Below are positions 1 through 8,736 of a DNA stretch of 64,000 nucleotides, piece by piece. A program made the position numbers and the translations under genes. The first letter of the stretch is position 1. Each line of letters opens with the position of its first letter. The notes under the pieces were generated by a model. That model saw nothing but the letters and a program-made list of their open reading frames with translations, was not told the origin of the DNA and did not search any database. The DNA is from an uncultured Planctomycetia bacterium (lineage in GTDB: Bacteria; Omnitrophota; Gorgyraeia; Gorgyraeales; Gorgyraeaceae). The stretch is taken from contig CAYPYS010000001.1 in NCBI GenBank assembly GCA_964415355.1, positions 1,361 to 65,360 on the forward strand, read 5' to 3'.

Positions 1-1
1 G

Positions 2-358
2 GCAAAGATACGAGAGATAGACGAGCAACTATCGCGTCTATTGGATTTGTTTGTGGAGGGTGCGATTTCGGCTGATGAGTATAAAGAAAAAAAGGCCTCG
101 CTTATCAATAAAAAAACACGCCATATAGAAAATCCCGTCAATGCTACCACTGACGGAAAATGGTTAGAACAGATGCGGGATTTTCTAACTCTTGCTCACC
201 AAGCCAGTTACGCCGCGTCGGCGGGGACGGCTGAAGAATTGGCCGATTTTTTTAAAAAAATATGTTCGAACTGCAAGGTCGCCAACGCAACTCTTTATGT
301 TTCTTACAGTTCTGCTTTCAAAATCCTCGCCGAAACCGAAAAAGAACAATTGGGGTAG
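2..358 (+). CDS. recombinase family protein, C-terminal fragment (large serine recombinase-like coiled-coil region); 5' end lies outside the window
   Basis: The reading frame is open from position 2 (AKIREIDEQLSRLLDLFVEGAISADEYKEKK...). The L-x-x-L-Y/F-x-x-G-x-I-S-x-x-E-Y motif is typical of the resolvase/large serine recombinase C-terminus. It is the only plus-strand gene and it abuts tRNA-His. Confidence 0.4.
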   Translation, partial: AKIREIDEQLSRLLDLFVEGAISADEYKEKKASLINKKTRHIENPVNATTDGKWLEQMRDFLTLAHQASYAASAGTAEELADFFKKICSNCKVANATLYVSYSSAFKILAETEKEQLG

Positions 359-428
359 ATGACGGGATTCGAACCCGCGACCCCTAGAACCACAATCTAG
401 TGCTCTATCCAACTGAGCTACATCTACC
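350..428 (-). tRNA. tRNA-His (anticodon GTG) with encoded G-1 and CCA
   Basis: The reverse complement folds as a cloverleaf with acceptor GTAGATG/CATCTAC, anticodon stem CTAGA/TCTAG and loop TTGTGGT. A TTCGAAT T-loop and a 3' CCA are present. Confidence 0.8.
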
Positions 429-436
429 ACAAAATC

Positions 437-1366
437 TCATGACTCGCTAAAAATAAGTTTAAAAAAATTACTCTGGAGATCTTTGATCTTTACCAATTTG
501 TTGCTAAAATTTGCCAATAAAACAAAACTTAGTTTAAGCGGCGCTTCTGAACCCTGACTCCCCTCTTTTCCTGAAAAAATATCCTCTCCTTCCAAAGAAC
601 ACTTTGCTACTAGATTTTTTCCAGATACCTGCATATCGCTCTTGATATCGACTCTGCCACCTTCTATTAGCTTGCTAAGATATTTAGTGTAAACAGGGCC
701 GAGGTTTTCCGGCTTTACATCACTTGCCAGAAGCCTGGCCTTTACCACGTTATCAGTCCCGACAAGACCTTCTATCTTCACGGGAGACAGAAAATCCGAT
801 TCTTTGTTTTTAAGAAAACCTGCTACGGCAAATTGACAGATATTATTATCTGCGAAAAAAATTCCAGGGTTTTTTACGCTTCCTTTAATATTAACTATCT
901 CTAGCCCATCTTTCTCTCCGTCATATATCAAGGTGCCATTCTTTATATCTATGCTCGAAACGCGGAAATTTATGCCGGGTTCATTATAGGAACTCTCGTT
1001 CTTATCTAAAAAATCAGCAACAAGAAAATCTTTCTTTTTTTCTTTGCCAAGTTTAACAACGGGCTCCACGATCTTAACCGATGAAACAAGGGTTTTATTT
1101 TTAAAAAAAAGCGTGGCTAGATTAGGGTAGACCTGGGCCTTTTTGATGTCCACGTAATCATTTATCCTTACATCTTTTAATTCTACGCAGAGCGGAAATC
1201 CGATCCTGACATGCCCCACAGATATTTTCCCGCCAATGCGTTCTCCTAAAAATCTTGTGACGAACATGGGCATATTTTTTGTCGCGTAAGTGTATCCAAA
1301 AAAGAATAATACAACTATTGAAAACGCGACAAGCGCCAAAATAATTTTTCTAAAAATATCCCACAT
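437..1366 (-). CDS. membrane-anchored hypothetical protein (single N-terminal TM; possibly AsmA-like)
   Basis: 309-aa ORF with a hydrophobic N-terminus (ILALVAFSIVVLFFFGY). I recognise no confident family. Confidence 0.45.
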   Translation of the reverse strand: MWDIFRKIILALVAFSIVVLFFFGYTYATKNMPMFVTRFLGERIGGKISVGHVRIGFPLCVELKDVRINDYVDIKKAQVYPNLATLFFKNKTLVSSVKIVEPVVKLGKEKKKDFLVADFLDKNESSYNEPGINFRVSSIDIKNGTLIYDGEKDGLEIVNIKGSVKNPGIFFADNNICQFAVAGFLKNKESDFLSPVKIEGLVGTDNVVKARLLASDVKPENLGPVYTKYLSKLIEGGRVDIKSDMQVSGKNLVAKCSLEGEDIFSGKEGSQGSEAPLKLSFVLLANFSNKLVKIKDLQSNFFKLIFSES

Positions 1367-1377
1367 AAATATAAAAA

Positions 1378-1454
1378 TGGCGTCCCTGGCCTGATTCGAA
1401 CAGGCGACCCCCTGCTTAGAAGGCAGATGCTCTATCCAGCTGAGCTACAGGGAC
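1378..1454 (-). tRNA. tRNA-Arg (anticodon TCT)
   Basis: The reverse complement GTCCCTGTAGCTCAGCTGGATAGAGCATCTGCCTTCTAAGCAGGGGGTCGCCTGTTCGAATCAGGCCAGGGACGCCA folds as a cloverleaf. The anticodon loop is CTTCTAA. Confidence 0.8.
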
Positions 1455-1469
1455 ACCTCTTTCTCGAAT

Positions 1470-1547
1470 TGGTCGGGGCGGCTGGACTCGAACCAGCGAC
1501 CCCCTGCTCCCAAAGCAGGTGCTCTAGCCAAACTGAGCCACGCCCCG
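1470..1547 (-). tRNA. tRNA-Pro (anticodon TGG)
   Basis: The reverse complement CGGGGCGTGGCTCAGTTTGGCTAGAGCACCTGCTTTGGGAGCAGGGGGTCGCTGGTTCGAGTCCAGCCGCCCCGACCA folds as a cloverleaf. The anticodon loop is TTTGGGA. Confidence 0.8.
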
Positions 1548-1596
1548 TACCATTTAATCTTATAATTTTACCTTAAGTTAATGCTTTTGACAATCC

Positions 1597-1635
1597 CTAA
1601 CTTTACACTTTAACGTTGTTGAAATGTAAAGTTAG
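1597..1635. repeat. 39-bp intergenic palindromic repeat, copy 1 (orientation B: ...CTTTAACGTTGTTGAAATG...)
   Basis: CTAACTTTACACTTTAACGTTGTTGAAATGTAAAGTTAG. It supplies the rdgB stop codon. Confidence 0.9.
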
Positions 1636-2223
1636 GTAGCTCTTTATGATATCTTTTGACTTTATTAAGGCCTTGCTTCTGTGGCTAATTTTATTTTTCT
1701 TTCTTAGGCCCATCTGGGCAAATGTTTTTTTATTTCCGTTGGGGATAAAAACTGGGTCATAGCCAAATCCTGTCTTTCCAGCTGGCTTAAAACCTATCCT
1801 GCCATCGCATTTCCCTTCTGCAAGACCTATTATTTTGCCTCTGTCCGCAACAGCTATCACGCATCTGAATCTGGCCTTTCTCTTTGCAGAAGGAACGCCT
1901 TCGAGCAACCTTAATAATTTACTATTATTACTTTTATAAGTGGCACCTTTACCTGAAAAGCGCGCTGAATAAACGCCAGGCTTGTTTCCTATAGCAGCGA
2001 CCTCTAGCCCGGAATCATCCGCAATTACAAGTCTTTTCAAAAATCGCGAGACCTGAAGCGCTTTTTTCTTTGCGTTGCCCTCAAGAGTATTCCTGTCTTC
2101 CTTTACTTCCGGCACATCTTTAAAGCCGTCTAAAGACAGGACTTTTACAGGAAGACCTTTCAAAAGAGTTTTTATTTCTTTGAGTTTGTCTTTGTTCCTT
2201 GTGGCTATAATGAGTTCTGTCAT
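1603..2223 (-). CDS. rdgB: dITP/XTP pyrophosphatase (RdgB/HAM1 family)
   Basis: The N-terminus [17 protein letters not shown] and the motifs IADDSGLEV and FGYDPVF match RdgB. The last residues and the stop codon are supplied by repeat copy 1. Confidence 0.85.
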   Translation of the reverse strand: MTELIIATRNKDKLKEIKTLLKGLPVKVLSLDGFKDVPEVKEDRNTLEGNAKKKALQVSRFLKRLVIADDSGLEVAAIGNKPGVYSARFSGKGATYKSNNSKLLRLLEGVPSAKRKARFRCVIAVADRGKIIGLAEGKCDGRIGFKPAGKTGFGYDPVFIPNGNKKTFAQMGLRKKNKISHRSKALIKSKDIIKSYLTLHFNNVKV

Positions 2224-2945
2224 TATAAAGCTAATTTTATGATCTTTTTCTGAGCAGCAACCAGACTATCAATGCCTTTTTTTGCAAGCGATACCAGCTT
2301 ATCTAGATTTTTTCTGGGAAAAGGTGTCTTTTCTGCAGTACCCTGCACCTCAACCAATCTCCCATCGTCAGTCATAATGACGTTCATGTCAACATCTGCC
2401 TTTGAGTCCTCTTCATAATCCAGATCCAGGCATAATTTGCCGTCGATGATCCCAAGGCTCACTGCAGCAACATAATTCTTTATCGGGATTTCGGCTATCG
2501 CGCCGCTTTTCTTCAACGCAAGAAGCGCGCCTGAAAGCGCGATAAAGCTGCCTGTTATGCTCGCGGTGCGCGTCCCGCCGTCAGCCTGTATTACGTCACA
2601 ATCTATCCAGACAGTCCTCTCGCCTAATCTCTCAAGATCCACTACCGAGCGAAGGCTTCTCCCTATTAGACGCTGTATTTCCTGCGTGCGGCCGCTCTGT
2701 TTTCCGCGCGAGGCCTCTCTGGGCGTCCTTGTCTTGCACGAGCGCGGCAGCATTCCGTATTCCGCGGTTATCCAGCCCGATCCCGTATTTCTCAAAAAAG
2801 GCGGAACCTTTTCCTCTACTGAAGCGCTGCAGATGACCCTCGTATTGCCGACCTCTATCATGCAGGAACCTTCTGCAAATTCCATTACGTCTCTTTTGAT
2901 CTTAACCTTTCTCATCTCATCGAGTCTTCGTCCATCGCTCCTCAT
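2223..2945 (-). CDS. rph: ribonuclease PH
   Basis: MRSDGRR...[15 protein letters not shown]...[18 protein letters not shown] aligns with Rph. The track start ([11 protein letters not shown]...) is a repeat-derived artefact, so the start is moved to MRSDGRR. Confidence 0.9.
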   Translation of the reverse strand: MRSDGRRLDEMRKVKIKRDVMEFAEGSCMIEVGNTRVICSASVEEKVPPFLRNTGSGWITAEYGMLPRSCKTRTPREASRGKQSGRTQEIQRLIGRSLRSVVDLERLGERTVWIDCDVIQADGGTRTASITGSFIALSGALLALKKSGAIAEIPIKNYVAAVSLGIIDGKLCLDLDYEEDSKADVDMNVIMTDDGRLVEVQGTAEKTPFPRKNLDKLVSLAKKGIDSLVAAQKKIIKLAL

Positions 2946-2958
2946 ATTCCCCCTCACC

Positions 2959-2996
2959 TTAAGTTTACTTTTAACATTGTTGAAAGTTAACTTAAG
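2959..2996. repeat. 39-bp repeat, copy 2 (degenerate right arm, B)
   Basis: TTAAGTTTACTTTTAACATTGTTGAAAGTTAACTTAAG lies between rph and the fumarase beta gene. Confidence 0.7.
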
Positions 2997-3489
2997 CAAT
3001 AGATACTATGGCCGGGAAATCTTCTATCTCTAGCCTATGCATTGCCTCAGTGCCAAGATCCCCGTAAGCCACCACTTTATTCGCTTTAACCTTTTCCTGT
3101 AAATACGCACCCGCGCCGCCGATGGTCACAAAATATACTGCGCCGAATCTTTTTATTGCAGAAACTATTTCCTTGGACCTCCTGCCCTTGCCTATCATGC
3201 CGATAAGGCCCTGCTTCAATAAAGACAATGTAAATGGGTCCATCCTGGAGCTGGTTGTCGGCCCGCATGAACCAATAACTTCCCCTGCCCTCTTCGGCGT
3301 AGGTCCTGTATAATATATAGTCTCGCCTTTTATAGAAACCGGTAATTTTTTGTGGGCAAGAATAGCCTCGACCAATCTTTTATGAGCGGCATCGCGCGCT
3401 GTCAATAGAGAACCGCTTAGCAAAACCTCCTCGCGCGGCTTTAAACTCTTTACAATATTTTTCGTTAAAGGTAAATATATCTTTCGCAC
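2992..3489 (-). CDS. class I fumarate hydratase, beta subunit (Fe-S hydro-lyase, tartrate/fumarate family C-terminal domain)
   Basis: [14 protein letters not shown]...YYTGPTP...[11 protein letters not shown] resembles FumB-C/TtdB. Confidence 0.8.
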   Translation of the reverse strand: MRKIYLPLTKNIVKSLKPREEVLLSGSLLTARDAAHKRLVEAILAHKKLPVSIKGETIYYTGPTPKRAGEVIGSCGPTTSSRMDPFTLSLLKQGLIGMIGKGRRSKEIVSAIKRFGAVYFVTIGGAGAYLQEKVKANKVVAYGDLGTEAMHRLEIEDFPAIVSIA

Positions 3490-4328
3490 TATATCACCTT
3501 ACGTGCCCCTCTTGTAGCATGACAGCTAATATTTACCGCAACAGGCAAACCCGCTATATGAGTAGGATACGTCAATATGCTTACTGAAAAAGCAGTCGTT
3601 TTTCCGCCCATGCCCATTGGCCCTATCTTTGTTTTGTTGATTTTTTCTAATACGCGCTTTTCCATTTTTGCGAAATGAGCCTTTTTACTGCGCTCGCCTG
3701 CATTCCTGAAAATAGCTTCCTTGGAAAGCGATGTCGCTTTATCAAGCGTCCCGCCTATGCCGATCCCTACATAAAGCGGCGGACATGCATTTGCGCCATG
3801 TTCCTTGACTGAATCTACGATAAATTTTTCAATAAGAGCTGCTGAATCAGTAGGCCTGAACATCTTTGTCCTCGAGATATTCTCGCAGCCGAATCCTTTT
3901 ATGGCAACCTCTATATGTATCTTATTGCCTGGCACGATTCGATAGTATATCAGCGACGGTAGATTTGTGCCGGTATTCTTTCTAATTAAAGGATCTTTTA
4001 CGACAGACTTTCTAAAACACCCGGCTTTGTAAGCATCGCGTACGCCTTTTTCTATTGCCTTTTCAATGTCGCCTCTTACGCTTACAGACTGGCCTACTTT
4101 AATATAAACCGCGACCATGCCTGTATCCTGGCATATAGGAAGTCTTTTCTTCTTTGCCAATAGCGCATTTTTAAGGATGATATCGAGTATACGCCTTGAC
4201 ATCCCGGACTCTTTGTTTCTAGCCCGCTTCAATGCGTCCAGGACATCTCTCCTCAGCTCGACATTTGCTTTTACGCATAACCCTCTGACCGCATCTGTAA
4301 TAACCTTGCTATTTACGATTCTCATCAT
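3489..4328 (-). CDS. class I fumarate hydratase, alpha subunit (Fe-S hydro-lyase, tartrate/fumarate family N-terminal domain)
   Basis: The LPICQDTGMVAVY motif matches the alpha subunit. The gene is adjacent to and overlaps the beta subunit gene. Confidence 0.8.
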   Translation of the reverse strand: MMRIVNSKVITDAVRGLCVKANVELRRDVLDALKRARNKESGMSRRILDIILKNALLAKKKRLPICQDTGMVAVYIKVGQSVSVRGDIEKAIEKGVRDAYKAGCFRKSVVKDPLIRKNTGTNLPSLIYYRIVPGNKIHIEVAIKGFGCENISRTKMFRPTDSAALIEKFIVDSVKEHGANACPPLYVGIGIGGTLDKATSLSKEAIFRNAGERSKKAHFAKMEKRVLEKINKTKIGPMGMGGKTTAFSVSILTYPTHIAGLPVAVNISCHATRGARKVI

Positions 4329-4996
4329 CTCACCCCCAGGATCTTGTGGACCTGCGGTATAATAGTGACTCTGCCCAGCTCTTTCTTTGCGTTTCTAAAA
4401 AAATCCGGTAGCGAAGCAATATTCTCGACCTTTCCATTATAACTTACCGGCTGCAGAATAAAAAGAATATCTTTATCTATGCCCCTGACAATAGAAACAG
4501 CCTTTTCAATATCTTCTAAAGACGTTTCAGGAGTGACGACTATTTTTATAAATACTTCTTTTTTTATTGCTTCTTTTAAAAAATCTAAATGTTCCTGCCA
4601 GTAAACCCCGAGCCCGGTAGAGCTGGGGAGCTTCATATCCATGCTTATTATATCAATGTAATCCAATACATCCAAAAGTCTGTCTTTCATCGTGCCGTTC
4701 GTCTCAAGATAGACCTGCGCGCCTTTCTCTTTTAAAACCGGCAGGATCTCTTTTAAAAAATCAGCCTGCAATAAAGGCTCTCCTCCGGTCAGGGAAACAG
4801 TGTTTTTTTCTTCTCTTGCAATGTTTTCGATAACTGCATCAGCGTCATATTCAAAAAAACCTGTCTTTTCTTTTTCGTCGCAGAATCCACATCCAAGGTT
4901 ACACCCCGAAAACCTTACAAAGACATGCTCATGACCCACGTAAGGCCCTTCACCCTGAATAGAGCTATATATCTCTGTGATCCTCGCCCGTCTCAT
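4325..4996 (-). CDS. queE: 7-carboxy-7-deazaguanine synthase (radical SAM)
   Basis: MRRARITEIYSSIQGEGPYVGHEHVFVRFSGCNLGCGFCD matches QueE. The start is moved downstream of the repeat-derived MLKCKVKDGWI extension. AGGA lies 8 nt upstream of that ATG. Confidence 0.85.
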   Translation of the reverse strand: MRRARITEIYSSIQGEGPYVGHEHVFVRFSGCNLGCGFCDEKEKTGFFEYDADAVIENIAREEKNTVSLTGGEPLLQADFLKEILPVLKEKGAQVYLETNGTMKDRLLDVLDYIDIISMDMKLPSSTGLGVYWQEHLDFLKEAIKKEVFIKIVVTPETSLEDIEKAVSIVRGIDKDILFILQPVSYNGKVENIASLPDFFRNAKKELGRVTIIPQVHKILGVR

Positions 4997-5010
4997 AATC
5001 CATCCATCCT

Positions 5011-5048
5011 TAACTTTACATTTCAACAACGTTAAAATGTAAAGTTAG
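5011..5048. repeat. 39-bp repeat, copy 3 (orientation A: ...CATTTCAACAACGTTAAAG...)
   Basis: It lies between queC (stop inside the repeat) and queE. Confidence 0.9.
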
Positions 5049-5665
5049 CAAAACGCGGCCATGCGCAGCCTGCAGGCGTCACATTTACCGCAAGGCTTGC
5101 TCCCGCCTTTATAGCAAGACCATGTAAGCTTAAAAGGCACCTTTAGTTTCCTGCCGATATTCACAATGTCTTTTTTTGTCTTATACAAAAGCGGGGTTTC
5201 TATCTTTATGCCTTTTAATTTTGTCGCCTTCTTTAATAATTCGTTAAATCTCTTATAGTATGCAGGTCTACAATCAGGATATCCTGAAAAATCCCTGGCA
5301 TTCGCTCCGATAAAGATCGTTTTTGCGCCTATTGCCTCAGCAAAAGAAAGCGCAAAGCTTAAGAATATAGTATTCCTCGCCGCTACATATGTCGAAGGTA
5401 TCTTCTTGGATGAAAGTTTTCTGCGCTCAGGAACAGAGATATTCCTGTCTAAAAGAGCGCTTCTCTTCCACGGAAGGTCTATTTTAAGAAGACAGTATTC
5501 AAATCCCTGCCTTCGCGCCAATCTTTTCGCAGAAATTATCTCTTTTTTATGGCGTTGGCCATAATCAAAGACAAGACAATACGCCTTATAGCCTCTCTGT
5601 TTGGCCATATAAAGCGTGACAGCCGAATCCATGCCGCCTGAAAGTAACACCACTGCCTTTTTCAT
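5045..5665 (-). CDS. queC: 7-cyano-7-deazaguanine synthase
   Basis: MKKAVVLLSGGMDS...CGKCDACRLR matches QueC. The stop codon is supplied by a repeat copy. Confidence 0.9.
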   Translation of the reverse strand: MKKAVVLLSGGMDSAVTLYMAKQRGYKAYCLVFDYGQRHKKEIISAKRLARRQGFEYCLLKIDLPWKRSALLDRNISVPERRKLSSKKIPSTYVAARNTIFLSFALSFAEAIGAKTIFIGANARDFSGYPDCRPAYYKRFNELLKKATKLKGIKIETPLLYKTKKDIVNIGRKLKVPFKLTWSCYKGGSKPCGKCDACRLRMAAFC

Positions 5666-5673
5666 AATATCCC

Positions 5674-5712
5674 CTAACTTTACATTTCAACAACGTTAAA
5701 GTGTAAACTTAG
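5674..5712. repeat. 39-bp repeat, copy 4 (A)
   Basis: It lies between xerC/D and queC. Confidence 0.9.
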
Positions 5713-6584
5713 GCCCTGGGATGCGCTTTGTCGTAAATAGCCTTTAAACGTTCTGTCGTAACGTGAGTATATATCTGGGTCGTGGATAGATTAGCATGCC
5801 CCAGAAGTTCCTGGACTGACCTCAGATCCGCGCCTCTGTCTAAAAGGTGAGTCGCAAAAGAATGCCTTAGAGAATGCGGCGACACCTTTTCGTCCAAGCT
5901 AGTCTTCCGTATATATTTATCTACGATCCTGCGCACTGCCCTGTCACTAATACGCCTGCCGCTTTTATTCAGAAAAATAGCCTTTTTCTCTTTTAGTTTA
6001 GATGGATTGAGCTTTTCAAGATACTTGCGCATAGCCCTCACTGCCTTATCCCCTATAGGCGCAAGTCTTTCCTTTTTTCCTTTGCCGTAAACCTTAAGAA
6101 TCCCTCCGATAAAATCCACGTTTTCCTTATTAAGCCCAACAAGTTCGCTCACCCTCAAACCACTTGAATAAAGCGTCTCGAGTATCGCCCTGTCTCTGAG
6201 ACCGTAGACATCAGTCGCATCAGGCGATTCGATCAGCTTTACGACCTGGTCTGCGTCTAAAAAAATAGGCAGGCGCTTGTCAATCTTTGGAGTCTGTAGC
6301 CCGCTGGCGGGATTGGCCTTTACATAGCCTTCTCTGCAAAGAAACCTAAAAAAACTCCTCAAGCACGCCATCTTTCTCGCTACCGTCCTCTTTGAAAATT
6401 TTTTCTCCTTCATGCGCGCCAGGAACAATCTGATATCAGTGTGAGAAATATTTTCAAGCGGCTTCTCTTTGAGAGAATTATCAAATTCCTTCAAGTCTAT
6501 CTGGTAATTTGTAACAGTGTACTGCGAGGCGTTTTTTTCAACCTTAAGATAATTTATAAATTTCTGAATATAGCGCTCTAACAT
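5709..6584 (-). CDS. tyrosine site-specific recombinase, XerC/XerD family
   Basis: The C-terminal catalytic region HSLRHSFATHLLDRGADLRSVQELLGHANLSTTQIYTHV matches the family. Confidence 0.85.
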   Translation of the reverse strand: MLERYIQKFINYLKVEKNASQYTVTNYQIDLKEFDNSLKEKPLENISHTDIRLFLARMKEKKFSKRTVARKMACLRSFFRFLCREGYVKANPASGLQTPKIDKRLPIFLDADQVVKLIESPDATDVYGLRDRAILETLYSSGLRVSELVGLNKENVDFIGGILKVYGKGKKERLAPIGDKAVRAMRKYLEKLNPSKLKEKKAIFLNKSGRRISDRAVRRIVDKYIRKTSLDEKVSPHSLRHSFATHLLDRGADLRSVQELLGHANLSTTQIYTHVTTERLKAIYDKAHPRA

Positions 6585-6607
6585 ATTTTGTTCTTTACGA
6601 ACAATGC

Positions 6608-6682
6608 CTAACTTTACACTTTAACATTGTTGAAAACTTGTGCCGCCATACATTAAGAATGACATGCGGTATGTAAAGTTAT
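6608..6682. repeat. 39-bp repeat, copy 5, split by a ~34-bp insertion (left part 6608-6635, right arm ATGTAAAGTTAT 6671-6682)
   Basis: CTAACTTTACACTTTAACATTGTTGAAAA, then a 34-nt insert, then ATGTAAAGTTAT. The topA stop codon lies at the right edge. Confidence 0.6.
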
Positions 6683-8649
6683 CATTCTTTAGGGGGCAAT
6701 TTTCGCGAGATATGTGTGCATTTGGGATAATTAGAGCAGCCGTAGAAATGGCGTCCTCTTTTGGAGCGTTTTTCAATAAGCATGCCGCCGCAACCTGGTT
6801 CAGGACACCTGACGCCGCTCGGCAATGACTTTGCGAATCTGCAGTTTGGAAAATCAGAGCAACTCAAAAACCTGCCGAGTCTGCCCCATTTTATAACCAT
6901 GTGTTTCCCGCATTTCTCGCAGACCTCAGAGGTCTTAACCGCCTCCCCCTTGACCTTCCTCATGTTTTCCTTGGCATGCGTAAGGTCTTTCTCGAAAGGA
7001 TGATAAAACCTCTTTAATACACTAACCCTCTTCTCTTCGCCTTCTTCTATCTTGTCCAGCTCTTCTTCCATCTCGGCCGTGAATTTTAAATCCAGTATAT
7101 CCGCAAAGCTCTTCATCAAAAGGTCTGTCACCACCATACCTAATTCTGACGGATGAAAATAGCCTTCCCTTCTCTTTACATAGTTGCGCGCGGCAATAGT
7201 ATATATAATAGGTGCGTATGTGCTGGGCCTGCCAATGCCGTATTCCTCTAGCGCCTTTACCAGCGATGCGTCTGAAAACCTACCGGGAGGCTTTGTAAAG
7301 TGTTGACTCGGGTCCAGCTTTATGACTTCTGGTTTATCCCCGACCTCTAATGAAGGGAGGATCTTTTTATCCTCTTTCGCCTTTTTCTCTTCATATTCTT
7401 CATAAACAACGCTAAAGCCGGCAAAAACCTTCTGTGACCCCTGCGCCTTAAAGAGAAACCTTCCTGCCTTTATCGCTACCACGACCACCGAAAACACTGC
7501 CGGTGACATCTGGCTCGATATAAACCGATTCCATATAAGAGTGTAAAGTTTTAACTGGTCCTCGGTCAAATACTTCTTTATAGCTTTCGGTTCTCTCAAC
7601 GGCAGAGAAGGCCTTATTGCTTCATGCGCTTCCTGCGCGCTCTTTTTCGACTTAAACTTATTCGGCACATGAGGCAGATGTTCTTTGCTATATTTATTAT
7701 GGATATATTTTCTCGCGGCCTCCATCGAATCCTTAGACAACCTGACCGCATCAGTTCGCATGTAAGTAATAAGACCTACATTGCCTTCTTCTCCTATCTC
7801 CAGGCCCTCATATAACTGCTGGGCAGTACGCATGGTCTTTGATGCCGAGAATCTAAGCTTATTAAAGGCATCTTGCTGAAGTTTGCTCGTAGTAAAAGGC
7901 GGCTGGGCATATTTTTTCTTTTCTTTTTTCTGCACATCGCTGACTATAAATTCTTCTTTTTTCAATTCAGAAACAATGTCCGAAGCGCGCTCCTTGCCAG
8001 AGATTTCTATTTTTTTGCCTTCGATCTTGTCAAGCTTAGCAATAAAAACTGTATGTTTTTTTAGATGCGCTTCTATGTCCCAATATTCTTTAGGCACAAA
8101 CGCCTTTATCTCGTTCTCTCTTTCTACGATGATCCTGACCGCGACCGACTGCACCCTCCCGGCTGAAAGTCCTCTTCCTACTTTTCTCCACAATAAAGGA
8201 CTTATGCTGTAGCCGACGAGCCTGTCTAGGATCCTGCGCGCCTGCTGTGCGTCGACCTTGTTGACATCTATGTCTCCTGGGCGTTTAAACGCCTCTTCTA
8301 TCGCGCTCTTTGTGATCTCATGAAACACGACCCTCTTTATATTTTTCTTCTTTCCTAAAAGATTATAAAGATGCCAGCTTATTGCCTCTCCTTCTCTATC
8401 AGGATCAGTCGCGAGAAAGATCTTGTCCTTGCCCTTGGCCTCTTTCTTGAGATCTGTTATTGTCTTTTTCTTCTTCGGTATAGCTATATAGTTTGGCTCA
8501 AAATCTTTTTCAATATCTATGCCCATCTTGGAACCAGGCAAGTCCATGACATGGCCCATCGAAGAAGTCACGACAAAATCCTTGCCAAGGATCTTATTTA
8601 TCGTATTTGCCTTTGCTGGAGATTCGACTATCACAAGCGACTTTGGCAT
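6682..8649 (-). CDS. topA: DNA topoisomerase I
   Basis: MPKSLVIVESPAKANTI is the TOPRIM N-terminus. The protein is 655 aa with C-terminal zinc ribbons (CEKCGKHMV..., CPEPGCGG...). The stop is TGA. Confidence 0.9.
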   Translation of the reverse strand: MPKSLVIVESPAKANTINKILGKDFVVTSSMGHVMDLPGSKMGIDIEKDFEPNYIAIPKKKKTITDLKKEAKGKDKIFLATDPDREGEAISWHLYNLLGKKKNIKRVVFHEITKSAIEEAFKRPGDIDVNKVDAQQARRILDRLVGYSISPLLWRKVGRGLSAGRVQSVAVRIIVERENEIKAFVPKEYWDIEAHLKKHTVFIAKLDKIEGKKIEISGKERASDIVSELKKEEFIVSDVQKKEKKKYAQPPFTTSKLQQDAFNKLRFSASKTMRTAQQLYEGLEIGEEGNVGLITYMRTDAVRLSKDSMEAARKYIHNKYSKEHLPHVPNKFKSKKSAQEAHEAIRPSLPLREPKAIKKYLTEDQLKLYTLIWNRFISSQMSPAVFSVVVVAIKAGRFLFKAQGSQKVFAGFSVVYEEYEEKKAKEDKKILPSLEVGDKPEVIKLDPSQHFTKPPGRFSDASLVKALEEYGIGRPSTYAPIIYTIAARNYVKRREGYFHPSELGMVVTDLLMKSFADILDLKFTAEMEEELDKIEEGEEKRVSVLKRFYHPFEKDLTHAKENMRKVKGEAVKTSEVCEKCGKHMVIKWGRLGRFLSCSDFPNCRFAKSLPSGVRCPEPGCGGMLIEKRSKRGRHFYGCSNYPKCTHISRKLPPKE

Positions 8650-8688
8650 AAAACATCCTCCGTTGAGCCTTCTTGCTTTTAGCAGGCT

Positions 8689-8727
8689 CTAACTTTACAT
8701 TTCAACAACGTTAAAGTGTAAAGTTAG
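8689..8727. repeat. 39-bp repeat, copy 6 (A)
   Basis: It lies between dprA and topA. Confidence 0.9.
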
Positions 8728-8736
8728 CCGCCTCTA

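Noticed and set aside
185-430. ORF track entry 185..430 (-), 81 aa
   Set aside because: It overlaps the tRNA-His gene and the 3' end of the recombinase ORF and has low-complexity composition. It is a spurious antisense ORF.
2557-3033. Plus-strand ORFs such as 2557..3033, 8903..9451, 20466..20978, 24706..25323, 31868..32446, 43938..44408, 55173..55655, 60681..61169, 62579..63265 and the other short plus-strand entries
   Set aside because: All lie antisense to well-conserved minus-strand genes (rph, dprA, ferredoxin, hypE, bio genes, the GspK-like gene, pilC, the histidine kinases). They have Ser/Leu/Pro-rich low-complexity translations typical of antisense frames. No family resemblance was found.
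4997-5029. N-terminal extensions MLKCKV(K/R)... on queE, bioF, the BioU-candidate gene, the GT9 gene, hypF-C and the ferredoxin gene, as called in the ORF track
   Set aside because: These peptides are translations of the 39-bp element (often from TTG). They are identical across unrelated proteins. The real starts are the first ATG outside the element with an upstream AGGA/GGAGG.
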